A stretch of 64,000 bases of DNA from Mytilus trossulus (taxonomy: Eukaryota), in contig NC_086376.1 of the NCBI RefSeq assembly GCF_036588685.1, positions 81,137,630 through 81,201,629 of the forward strand. The letters are read 5' to 3'. Each line of letters opens with the position of its first letter. Position 1 is the stretch's first letter. The notes beneath the pieces are model-generated. The model ran no database searches. It was not told where the DNA came from and saw only the letters and a list, made by a program, of their open reading frames with translations. This document shows, piece after piece, positions 13,101-24,100 of this stretch. The translations under genes were made by a program, and so were the position numbers.

Positions 13101-13601
13101 ATTTTTGAAAGTTTTGATATCTATTATCACAATCACAATCTGACTGGTACCTAAATGGGACAGCTATTATCGATTGCTTACGTAAATATTTCATAACTAT
13201 GCAAGTGAAGGGGTCTGAAGTTCTGGTGGAGAAGATGGAAAAACAAGTTGTTAAAAGGAAGTTTTGGCTAGTACATAAGTATATAGAGCACATTCTATAG
13301 TCGGCATTTCTGTATAAATCGACCATGCATTTTCCCATAGGAACTACGTTTACGGTTAAAACTGTACCACTTTCATTATGAAGCTTTGAAAAAAATCATA
13401 TCCATCCCCCCCCCAATCTTTCTACTCCCTCCTTATGGTAACCATTTTGAATTCTTTTTTAAGGGTCTACATCTTTTTGGCATCTTTTTGGCACAGATAA
13501 TTAGGTGCAAATGATAACGTATTACATATATACCTACCATAACCAGCAACTGGGCCACAGGCACAAAAAAGTAAAACACTTAAAGCGGCAAGCATGTTCA
13601 T
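10134..13601 (-). CDS. Secreted Gly/Ser-rich structural protein B (653 aa); coding exons 13601-13538 and 12031-10134; probable non-coding exon 1 ending at 14486
   Basis: ttctag|gATG gives MNMLAALSVLLFCACGPVAGY-G|gtag, joined in phase 1 to tttacag|CT, giving ATGKR|HACDDDCGG... The body is Gly/Ser-rich with an Asn/Asp patch and ends GGGGKWGGSSGKWNGKYKDNA. AATAAA follows the stop. Confidence 0.9.
12389..12620 (+). mobile_element. Penelope-like 3' fragment in the intron of gene B
   Basis: Near-identical to the reverse complement of 7932-8115 (CATGTGGAGCAGGATCTGCTTACCCTTC...). Confidence 0.7.
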
Positions 13602-14485
13602 CCTAGAAAAAAAAAGTGTTTCATGAGTTAAATTTTAAGATAAGAAGGTTTATGTTTCATCTAATCTCTCCCTCGTTCAGACAGAAAACTAACATACAAC
13701 TTAACATCAATATTTACAAGAGCTAGATGTATTTTTCTTTTTAATAGGCCAGATTTATTTTCTTAATTCTAAATCTTATAGATTTTTTCCCCCATTTTCT
13801 ACTGATCAGTATTTTTGTTATTGTTTATAAGTTCAAATAAAAATACAGTAGATCTAAAACTAAGATGAATTCTGGAAATTTTTATTGGTAAGAAAAGCTT
13901 TCAAACTTCTTTCAATATGTTCTCCTTCTGAAATAGTTTTGAGTCTACTGAATAAGACCGTTATCTGGCCAGCTCTTGTGTTTTCCACCAGAAGTGTATA
14001 GTTATTGAAAAGTTGTATAGTCGTTTGGTAAATCAAGCTGCAATAAGACATCGATCATTCATCTGTTTACCCGAGACTTTTAATCATTTTTTTTTATAAA
14101 AATATGTTGTGTTTTTATCAAAGCTGAATTCATTTTTTCTACGTCTTAAGTTACGCTCGAAACTATTTTTCTCTATATTAAGAATCAAACAATTTATTAA
14201 AAAAAAAACATGTCCCTCACATAAAAAGATGGATAATCGGTGCCTTGTGGTATTCTGTGATTAATTTACTGTTTGTTTAATTTCCACTTACAAATAATCA
14301 ATAAATCATTGAAATTTAGAAAATCCTTTTTTACAACTGTAGATTATAACATGTAGTCTTCTGTTCTTCATGGATTTTTAAAATAAGAACCATATATCAC
14401 TGATTGACAATATTTAACAAAAAGTTTGAAATACTTGCGTATAAAAATGATTTTTTTTCTTAAAATTTGTAAATCCTAAACTTAC

Positions 14486-14960
14486 CTTAATATTAGAAAG
14501 TGTTGACAATGCGCTGCTACTACTCTTGTTTTTAAAGTGAAAACTACTGAAAAGGCGTTTTGTTATTCTATGTAATTAATTATGAGTTAAATGCAGTAGT
14601 ATTGTACGTGTATGTTTCCAATTCGTCTAGGGTAGCAAAAACCTACATTTAAAGTGTGTCTGAACGAAAAGGGGATTTTTGACAGTCTGCATCTTTTACA
14701 ATTGAAATTAATAGTAAACAAATTTTAACGTAAAATGTAATAATTGTTTCCTGTTGCAAAACACAAATTGTACATCTTACAACATCTTACTAATTACCTA
14801 TGTTTGTTAATTTCCGCATGACCGTAAGTTCTACACTTGTAGTGGGAGCACGATACATGCAGAAAAAATAATAACAAGTCTGGTAAAAAGGTATAAAACC
14901 AGAAGCTGCAACATATTTGTCAGATAAGCTTCAAGGACAGCCCATCAGAAAAATATTCAG
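14486..14960. promoter_or_regulatory. Compact bidirectional promoter between gene B (-) and gene A2 (+)
   Basis: Minus-strand exon-1 donor AAG|GTAAG at 14486/14485 with a TTTAAAAA TATA-like box near 14530. Plus-strand TATAAAA at 14892-14898 and exon-1 donor CAG|GTATGT at 14960/14961. Confidence 0.65.
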
Positions 14961-15356
14961 GTATGTATACAAGACGGTCTCTAAAAAGTTAAATTTGATT
15001 TAAATCTTCAAACTTTATTCAGTTTCAAAAACAAAAACGTATTTCGTATAACCGTTCTAAGTATGCATGTTTCGATAATTTTCACAGATATTAAAATAAA
15101 AAAAAAAGTTTTCTAACTTTGGGCAAAATAGTCAGATTAATTTCATCTAAGAATATCTAAGAATCTGATTTTTTTAAATACCTAAACAATTATTTTTAAT
15201 ATCTATTTAAGAATTTTATTTTGATGTTTCCCAATCTATGTAATATGGCATAATATTTTTAGATGATTCGTGCCCTTTGTACATACTTTTACAGTTCAGA
15301 AATATTTTAAGAAAATTCCGGTCCTTTGCATATTTTATGGAGGCTTCATCCAGCAA

Positions 15357-15924
15357 AGGAGTAGGTCCAGTAAGACCCTTTTTTGGCCCCAAAATATTGC
15401 AGTTTTACAAAATTGTTAAAATATAAACTTTTAGTTATTTATTGGACAGTAGAATGCTTCTGCTACATAAATATGGGTTGTTTTTGATAACACAAGGCAC
15501 ACATATCGGGTACTAGCACCATTAAGTCATGCTAAATTACTGAAATCTTCAAAATTTTAGCATTTTAGTTAAATTTTAGATGGTTTCCGTGTAAAACGAA
15601 AGTGGCCGCATTCGTGTTCATCCTTAATACTGAAATGTAAGTTGTATTTGATGATAATACATAACATATATAAAGGTTGAGGATGAACACGGATGCGGCC
15701 ACTTTCGTTTTTGACAAAAACCATCTGAAAAGTGACATTTTTCGGCATATTTGGTAGATTTTTCATATTTGAGCTTGAAACGGATCGTTTTCAATGACTA
15801 AATCAGTTAAAATCTTTCACATAAACTAATTGAATCAAATGAAACAGACACTTAAGTGTTTAAAAAGTGGTCAAAATCTTTCGTCAGATGAACCTAAAAT
15901 TTGAGGCCAAAATCGGTCCTTACC
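15357..15924. mobile_element. Second copy of the 1548-2036 MITE, in intron 1 of gene A2 (right TIR truncated)
   Basis: Co-linear high identity with 1548-2036. It also carries an internal segment of roughly 80 bp that is missing from the first copy. Confidence 0.8.
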
Positions 15925-16160
15925 TTTATTTGTCGAAAATACAACATTTTTCTGGTGAAGGAACGCAAATGTTGTAGAGAATTTAACAATATGCATTTGT
16001 ATGCATCAATTTTGAAAATAGTAAATGCAGTATACACATGTTACTTTAAACAATAACATACTTTAAAAAAAGAATAATTCAAAAATTTAAGAAAAGTCTA
16101 AATATGTTACAATTGATGTAAACTGACGTAAACCTTATCACCACATCTCCTTATTTTCAT

Positions 16161-16332
16161 GCAGATAATCTTTATAAACGAAGGATAACTTATTATTACA
16201 GAATGCAGTTTATAATTGCAGATAATCTTTATAAACGAAGGATAACTTATTATTACAGAATGCAGTTTATAAATTGCAGATAATCTTTATAAACGAAGGA
16301 TAACTTATTATTACAGAATGCAGTTTATAATT
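16161..16332 (+). repeat. Three tandem 57/58-bp copies of the exon-2 splice acceptor plus start codon of gene A2
   Basis: GCAGATAATCTTTATAAACGAAGGATAACTTATTATTACAG|AATGCAGTTTATAATT x3, with ATGs at 16203, 16260 and 16318. Confidence 0.9.
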
Positions 16333-19275
16333 GCCTTGTGTGTTTTGGTTGCTTGTGTTTCTGCACAACAAGAGACATTGAAAAAGAGGTCTGTTGGCGA
16401 CTACAACCCAGACTACAGGCAAGGTAAGGAAATATTACTAGCAGAAGCATAGTTAATGTTGAAGGCCGTACGCTGACCTATAGTTGTTAATTTGTCTGTC
16501 ATTCTCTTATGGAGAGTTGTCTCCCTGGCAATCATACCAAATCTTTTTTTATAACTAATGTGTTATTGTCAAAGTTATCATGAAAGCAGCAATATTAATG
16601 CTTATCCTTTAACTCTTGTATTCCACTTACTTTTACGTGCATTAGTAATTCATTTGTGAAAAATAAGTTAAAACAACAAATTTTAAGAAAATATGTATCC
16701 CCATAATGTTGAAGGCCGTACGGTGACCTATAGTTGTTAATTTCTCTGTCATTTTGGTCTCTTGTGGAGAGTTGTCTCATTGGCAATCATACACATCTTT
16801 TTTTTTTAAACTAATGTGTTATTGTCAAAGTTATCATGAAAGATATGTAAGTGATATTCCTTTAACTCACGTGTTTGACTTGTTGGTTATTTTTACATTC
16901 AATTAGTAATTAATTTGTTAAACAAATCAGTTAAAAACATCAAATTTTAAGATAAAAAGTATCTTCATTGTAGAAAGACTCAAACATCTGAAAATTTCAA
17001 GTATTAACCTACAAACTGTTTCTTTTTCACAGATTACAGGAGAAAGAGATCGGGAGGTCACAAACACGGTAAGAGATACCAATAAGAATTATAGAAAAAA
17101 AATCTGATTTGTTCAATGTAGAAGAAACAAAATAATTTTTAGGTAAATGCAATCAAAACCTTATGGGACTTGATATCAAAATCTTCCAAGGCTGACCACT
17201 ACCTTTATGATACACAAAATATAGTGCATTGAGTGCATTGATCATAATATTCTATACATCCTATCCATGAACATTTCCGGAAATTTGTCGATGTAATTTA
17301 TGCTTAGATATTCAAGGCACAAAATGATGTTACACTTGTCAAGAAAATGACATAACTTTTGCAAGGTGCTTACAAGCACTTTGATTGAATGCTTTATGAT
17401 ATAAGTCGAGATCACTGAAGTTTGGGTTGACTACCATTTGAAATTACATTCACGTCATATCAGTCTTATTGCTCCTTTTGGCAAGGTCACAACACATAAG
17501 ATCTAAAACTTTGTACATGTTAAATAACAGCGATAGTTTGGAAAACATTAAAACAAAATCAATCAGTAAAAATTGAATAAAAAAATGAATAAAAGTGTTT
17601 ATGTTTAGAGATGATAGTGATCACAACCAGCTTTCGTAATTTTCCTAACAAATGCTAATACAAAAAATCCAAAATTGTAGGTCATGGCGGTGGTTCTGGA
17701 TCTGGTCACATCGGAGGTGGAGTTTCTGGTAGCCTTGGGGGCGGACTTAGTGGTAGCCTTGGAGGCGGACTTGGTGGTAGCCTTGGAGGCGGACTTGGTG
17801 GTAGCCTTGGAGGAGGACTTGGCGGTAGCCTTGGAGGAGGACTTGGTGGTAGCCTTGGAGGAGGACTTTCGGGGGGTTTAAGTAGCAATGTTGGAGGAGG
17901 AATTTCTAGTGGACTCGGAGGAGGACTTTCTGGAAGTCTTGGAGGAGGACTGTCCAGTGGACATGGAGGTGGACATGGAGGTGGTGTAAGTGGTGGACTT
18001 TCAAGTGGACTTGGAGGTAGTCTTGGTGGTGGACTTTCCGGTGGTTTAAGTGGCAAAGTTGGAGGTGGTGTTTCTGGAGGTCTTGGAGGTGGTATTTCTG
18101 GAGGACTTGGGGGAGGAATTTCTAGTGGCCTTGGAGGAGGACTTTCTGGTGGTCTTAGAGGAGGAATTTCTGGTGGCAACGCAGGTGGGCTGTCCAGTGG
18201 TTTAAGTGGCAAGGTTAGAGGAGGGGTTTCTAGTGGACTTGGAGGAAGACTTTCTGGTGGTCTTGGAGGAGGAATTTCAGGTGGACATAGAGGTGGTCTG
18301 TCCGGTGGTTTAAGTGGCAAGGTTGGAGGAGGGGTTTCTGGTGGACTTGGTGGAGGAATTTCTGGTGGTCTTGGAGGTGGAATTTCTAGTGGACTTGGAG
18401 AAGGTCTTTCTGGTGGTCTAGGTGGAAGAATTTCTGGAGGACATGGAGGTGGGTTGTCCGGTGGTGTAAGTGGTGGACTTTCCGGTGGAACTGGTGGATC
18501 ATTAGGTGGTAAGATTAAAGGAAGCCTTAGTGGATCAACTGGTGGTGGATTAAGTGGCGGGCTAGGAGGCGGTGTAAGAGGAAATATTGGAGGTGGACTT
18601 GGAGGTGGTCTGTCCGGTGGTGTAAGTGGTGGGCTTTTAGGTGGCCTAAGCGGAGGAACTGGTGGATCATTAGGTGGTAAGATTAAGGGAAGCCTTGGTG
18701 GGTCAACTGGTGGTGGATTAAGTGGCGGGCTAGGAGGCGGTGTAAGAGGAAATATTGGAGGTGGACTTGGAGGTGGTGTTAGTGGTGGACTTGGAGGTGG
18801 CCTTACCGGAGGAACTGGTGGATCTTTAGGGGGTAAGATTAAAGGAAGCCTTAGCGGATCGACTGGTGGTAGCTTAAGTGGTAATCTAGGCGGTGGTGTA
18901 AGTGGTGGACTAGGAGGAAATCTAGGCGGTGGTTTAAGTGGTGGGCTAGGTGGCAGTCTAGGTGGTGGAATCAGCGGTGGGCTAGGCGGTAGTCTAGGCG
19001 GTGGTGTTAGCGGCGGCCTAGGCGGCAGTCTAGGTGGTGGACTTGGAGGTAGTCTAGGTGGTGGACTTGGAGGTAGTCTAGGTGGTGGACTTGGAGGTAG
19101 TCTAGGTGGTGGACTTGGAGGTAGTCTTGGCGGTGGTTTATCTGGAAGCAGTGGTATCAAGATGAAAAGTAGCAGTAGCAGCAGTAGTAGTATATCTTCT
19201 GGAGGAAGAATTGGTGGTGGAAAATATGGAGGAAGTTCTGGAAAATGGGGTGGAAGTTCCGGAAAATGGGACTAA
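16318..19275 (+). CDS. Secreted Gly/Ser/Leu-rich structural protein A2 (578 aa), paralog of A1; coding exons 16318-16423, 17033-17068, 17681-19275
   Basis: MQFIIALCVLVACVSA-QQETLKKR|SVGDYNPDYRQDYRRKR|SGGHKHGHGG..., with the same exon phases as A1. Contains GGLGGSLG / GG[IVL]SGG repeats and ends GGGKYGGSSGKWGGSSGKWD. Confidence 0.9.
16454..16965 (+). repeat. About 250-bp tandem duplication containing a SINE-like 3' fragment (intron 2 of A2)
   Basis: TAATGTTGAAGGCCGTACG... starts at ~16454 and ~16704. The GGAGAGTTGTCTCATTGGCAATCATACC tail also occurs at ~1485 and ~58760. Confidence 0.7.
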
Positions 19276-19425
19276 AAGCATCAGCAGGACTTCTACTTAG
19301 AATATAGTGTCCATTAAATAATTTGCTTCATTCAGGTTTTGTTTTCATTTTGACAGAAAGTTTTGGAAGTGTTTTTGTATCTTCTATTACTATAGTTATC
19401 AATGGTATCAGGATTATAATTTAGT

Positions 19426-19473
19426 ACGCCAGACGCGCGTTTCGTCTACATAACTGAGACTCATCAGTGACGC
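19426..19473 (-). ncRNA. Solo type I hammerhead ribozyme (intact core, 4-nt longer loop II) just downstream of gene A2
   Basis: Minus strand GCGUCA CUGAUGA GUCU-CAGUUAUGU-AGAC GAAA CGCGCGUC UGGCGU, with flanks matching the 7127 unit. Confidence 0.8.
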
Positions 19474-20059
19474 CCATATCAAAATATTTATAAACAGTTT
19501 ACTAACAATTCCAAGTTAACTACCCACAGTCTCAATGATTGGTGTATTATAGGATTTTGGAGAAAAAAAACTGTGGAGGGCTAAAACATCATCCGGTCCC
19601 CAAGTACCAAGGTTTCAATCGGTTTGCAATACACTACTGAAAAATAGAAAGAGAACGTTTTATTTTGGTTCGTATGTGCAAAGGCACCTGTTATCAAATA
19701 TTTGTAAAAAAAAAGTTCTCTTTTATTGATTGCTGGTTGCGAACGTCAAGTGAGTTTTTCAAATTGAAAAACAAATTATCATATCATTTGTATGTACTTT
19801 AATGACATGCGTTAGTAAGTGAATAGTTTGTCATCTGTGTTTCCAATCTTTGTCCTCTTGTTCTTGAAATAACAAATACAACAATGTATCACATACATGC
19901 CGATAAGTCCGTTGCATATCTTTTAAATAGTTATAAATGTGATCATGATTTTAAATCGTTTTCATGTGTTATATAGTCCGTTTTCTCCAATTATAATTCT
20001 TCATATCACAACCTGGATTCCGTAATTTTTTAGGCCGAAATAATTCCAAATGGGGTGAC

Positions 20060-20620
20060 TATGTTGAACGCATATATATATCCAATCAACAAAGGATACA
20101 ACAGATAGAGTTAAGTCTGTCTTATATCTTGATTTAGCTGTTCAATTATGAACTTTTCATTTATATGTAGCAACATTCCATCAGCGCCTACATGTGACGT
20201 GTATATCTCCCAGTTGAAATTTCAATCATGATTTATTTGGAGGAGGATTGTAATCGTCCCTTCGACGTTTGATGGACGCCATAACAAATGATAATAGTAT
20301 GTTCCAATTGTCGTAACCATAATCCCGTCCTCTTTTCTTCGAATGTGATCTACTGAATAAGACTTATCACCGGGTTTTTACTTATTAACCAACACGACGT
20401 GACGAGTACAACAAGTGGAGCACGACCTGCTTACCATTCCGTAGCACATGATATCACCAATGCTTATATGGGGTTCGCAATACTCTGTTTTTAGTTTTCT
20501 TTGTTATATTTTGTGTACTTATGTTTGTCTTTTCGTCGTTTTCTGTGTGATTTTTTTCTACGGCATTGTCACTTTGTTTTAAACTTTAAGTTTGTATATT
20601 ATTTTGGTAATTTTTGTCTT
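20060..20620 (+). mobile_element. Decayed Penelope-like fragment
   Basis: Degenerate match to the 7932-8664 element (AAGGATACAACAGAT..., TAGCAACATTCCATCAGCGCC..., GTGGAGCACGACCTGCTTACC). Confidence 0.55.
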
Positions 20621-21187
20621 TCTTTTAGCTCACCGTGCCATGAAGGATCATAAAGCACTGTGAGCTATTGCCATCTCTTTGCCATTCGTCCTTCGATATA
20701 CTTTTCCTACATATATGTCATAGTGTGTAGTCGATTTGAAAGGTTCACTTTAAACTGGAATGCGTTTGTTTTCAATACCAAGTTCAATCAAAGTATATTA
20801 GTCGGTTCAGACGTTAAAAACTTCGAATATAAATTGAAAGACGAACACGGGATTAAAACTTTAATTTAGGCTTTTCTGTGTTTTCCGGAATAACAGTCCG
20901 TCCGCATTTCTGGTCCTATATTTTGTTTTTCTTTCGATCGAAAAGAAATAGAAATACAGCTAATATAAGAGAAGAAACGACATATTTCAATCCTTTTCAG
21001 AGTAGGAATTCAACAACAGCTCCCTTTAAAGCTGAGGATGAATTTCGAGTCAAGCGAACCTGGAATGAACCTTTAATTTCATCCAATCAAAACTCGTCTT
21101 GCCATTCACACGACAGAAAATCATCAACACAAACAGCATCCTCGTTATTTATTATACATTTCGGACCTGGTGCCCGCCCAGAGGGCT

Positions 21188-24100
21188 ATGGGAGGGTGTC
21201 TAGGATCCCGGAGACACGGCGATAACTCATCAGGCGAGTCTTCTGATGCTGCAGGTAGTGGGAGTTGGGTGGGGGTTAATGAAATAAAACTAAAATCACC
21301 CCGGTCATTTCCTGTGATCAGCTGATCTGCAGAGGTGCTTTGTGTATCCATATATATATAGCATTTGTAGACAGTTGTTTTATTTAGATTAAAATGAATT
21401 AAGTTTTAATCTCGATTGACTTGTAATTTTAATAACACTATCCTTATTTTTTCCTATATTTTTCTTAAATTTTGATAAAAACAAATATTGTGTATATAAA
21501 TCTAGAAATACTTCCTTTCCATAAATAAATGAACACTTGACAACATTGTTTGAAACGACGGGCTGCATTGGGTTTTACAATTGTCACAAACTGCAACTTT
21601 TCAACTGGTGACAAAATTCGACTAGTACATTTGTACAAATGTACAATAATATTTGTGGTACCAAGGATTTGTATAGATATATCTAACTATACAAATCCTT
21701 GATTATACCAACATGTTATCATGTGAACATTTTAAATTTTTGACCTTAAGTAATAAAATTGGTCTATAAGGGCATTTACAGGTTCATGTGGGGAATGTTA
21801 GCATCTGCTGGTAATCTTGTATACAGGTAAAAAGATTAACATAGCATTAACTAGGATTTGTATAGTAAGACTTACATGTAGTGATGTACTCTTCTTCTTC
21901 ATCTTTCAGTACAGAGTCGGACTCTTCTTGAGTGTATAAATGACTCCTGCTCTTTAAATCATGAGGTCTTCCCTCCTCACTTAATAAAAACTATTTACAA
22001 GAAAATTATTTACAAATAAAACTATGTACATCTGGGGTCATAGGAGTTCTAGGTGTGTAAAGCTCCTGTCAAGGCCTCTGGCAGGATGGTAAGGCTGGCC
22101 TTGAACTCTTCTAGTGTAGCTGCTGTTGTGGCTTTTTCCGGTAGAGTGTTCCATTCCCTGGTTGATTTTGGGAAGAAGGAGTACCTGTATTGATCTTTTA
22201 GAGTGCGCTGTTGGTGTATGCGGTGGCCTCCTCTGGTTCTTGAATCTCCGGGTTTGTAATAATTAGAGGGGTCAATATCCACCAATCTATTGCGGATCTT
22301 GTATGCCATGGTGAGTCGGTCTTTGCAGCGGCGATCTTTAAGAGGGTCCCATTTTAGTCTATCCATTAAGGTGCTGACACAACCTGGGGATACGTCTTGG
22401 TATTCATTGTACACGAACTTAGCTGCCCTTCTCTGTACTTGTTCTAGGTCTTTTTCAAGGTTATGTTGATAAGGGTCCCATACAGTGGAGGCATATTCCA
22501 GGGTTGGTCTGACCATGGTGATGCTGGCGTTGGCTTTGACTTCGGGTTTACACTGTCCTAGGTTCCTTCTCAGAAAGCCTAGTGTCCTTGATGCTTTTCC
22601 TACTGTCTGGTACTATACAAATCCTTGTCATAAATGAGTGATAATTGTAATTATCAATTTATTATTATTTTAAAAAGTTGATCATGACTGAAATCCCATG
22701 GGAACATGATAGTGCCCCTCCTTTTGCCAAACGGTTCCTTTAATCATATGAAGCTGACTACAAAATGTACATACAGAAGCTTCTAAGGATGAATGAAAAG
22801 AAGTTAGCATTATTCTTAAACTATAAGAAGATGATGTCCTGTCACTTAAAATAATTTGAAAGTTATAATTTGGACAACTGTTTTTATGAGCAGAGGAAGC
22901 ATTAACTGTTAAACTTGTCTGTAAGTCCGTCCATACATCCCAAAGTAGGTTTCCATGCTCTAACTTTAGTTTAATCCAACTAAATGTTACTAAACTTATA
23001 CAAAATGCTTATAACCAGAAAACACAGATCAATTTGGAATTTTGGTGGCGTCAGATTTACTGTTGTTGAATTATGCCCCTTAACCAAATGAAAGAAATGC
23101 TGAATTTTTTGTTTCACGTGCTTCACACGGGTTATGTTCTTCTCATATATGTTATGATGGTATGATACTAAACCCCTAACAGGAAGGATTGTGCCTGATG
23201 TTCATATGATGAAATCATAATCTTTCAGTCAGTTTAATTGAAGTCTGGAGCTGGCATGTCAGTTAACTGCTAGTAGTCTGTTGTTATTTATGTATTATTG
23301 TCATTTTGTTTATTTTCTTTGGTTACATCTTCTGACATCAGACTCGGACTTCTTTTGAACTGAATTTTAATGTGCGAATTGTTATGCGTTTACTTTTCTA
23401 CATTGGTTAGAGGTATTGGGGAGGGTTGAGATCTCACAAACATGTTTAACCCCGCCGCATTTTTGCGCCTGTCCCAAGTCAGGAGCCTCTGACCTTTGTT
23501 AGTCTTGTATTATTTTAATTTTAGTTTCTTGTGTACAATTTGGAAATTAGTATGGCGTTCATTATCACTGAATTAGTATATATATTTGTTTAGGGGCCAG
23601 CTGAAGGACGCCTCCGTGTGCGGGAATTTCTCGCTACATTGAAGACCTGTTGGTGACCTTCTGCTGTTGTTTTTTTATTTGGTCGAGTTGTTGTCTCTTT
23701 GACACATTCCCCATTTCCATTCTCAATTTTATTTTAACTTAAGTTTTCCTCAACCAAATGTTATTAAACTTATACACAATGATTACTACATGTATATATT
23801 GTACCTCAAAATACACAGATTCAGTTTGATTTTGATGGTGTCACTTCAACTGCTCTAGTGTTATGCTACTTTACAAATGGAAAAATAGGAATTTTAAATC
23901 TGTTCTAAATAAATCAATGACGTAATTGCTAAAATTATTTTTTAAGATTGGAGTTATCTTCCTTTGTCCATAATTGTAGTTGATTCAACATCAAATATGG
24001 ACAAAGAAAGATAAATCCATTTTAACAATTACATTAACTACAACCATTGCTTTAATATACAATGCAATATTCAAATGAATAAATTAAAACAATCTTTACC

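Noticed and set aside
17706-19160. 484-aa Pro-rich ORF on the minus strand (also Pro- or His-rich shadow ORFs at 10129-10731, 11350-11562, 11812-12156 and 3593-3943)
   Set aside because: These are antisense shadows of GGN-rich Gly codons. The opposite strand has signal peptides, splice sites and polyA signals.
20878-21351. ORFs 20878-21225 (+) and 21145-21351 (-)
   Set aside because: They overlap the UBTD 5' UTR and exon 1 in other frames or on the other strand; the MGGCLG frame is the conserved one.
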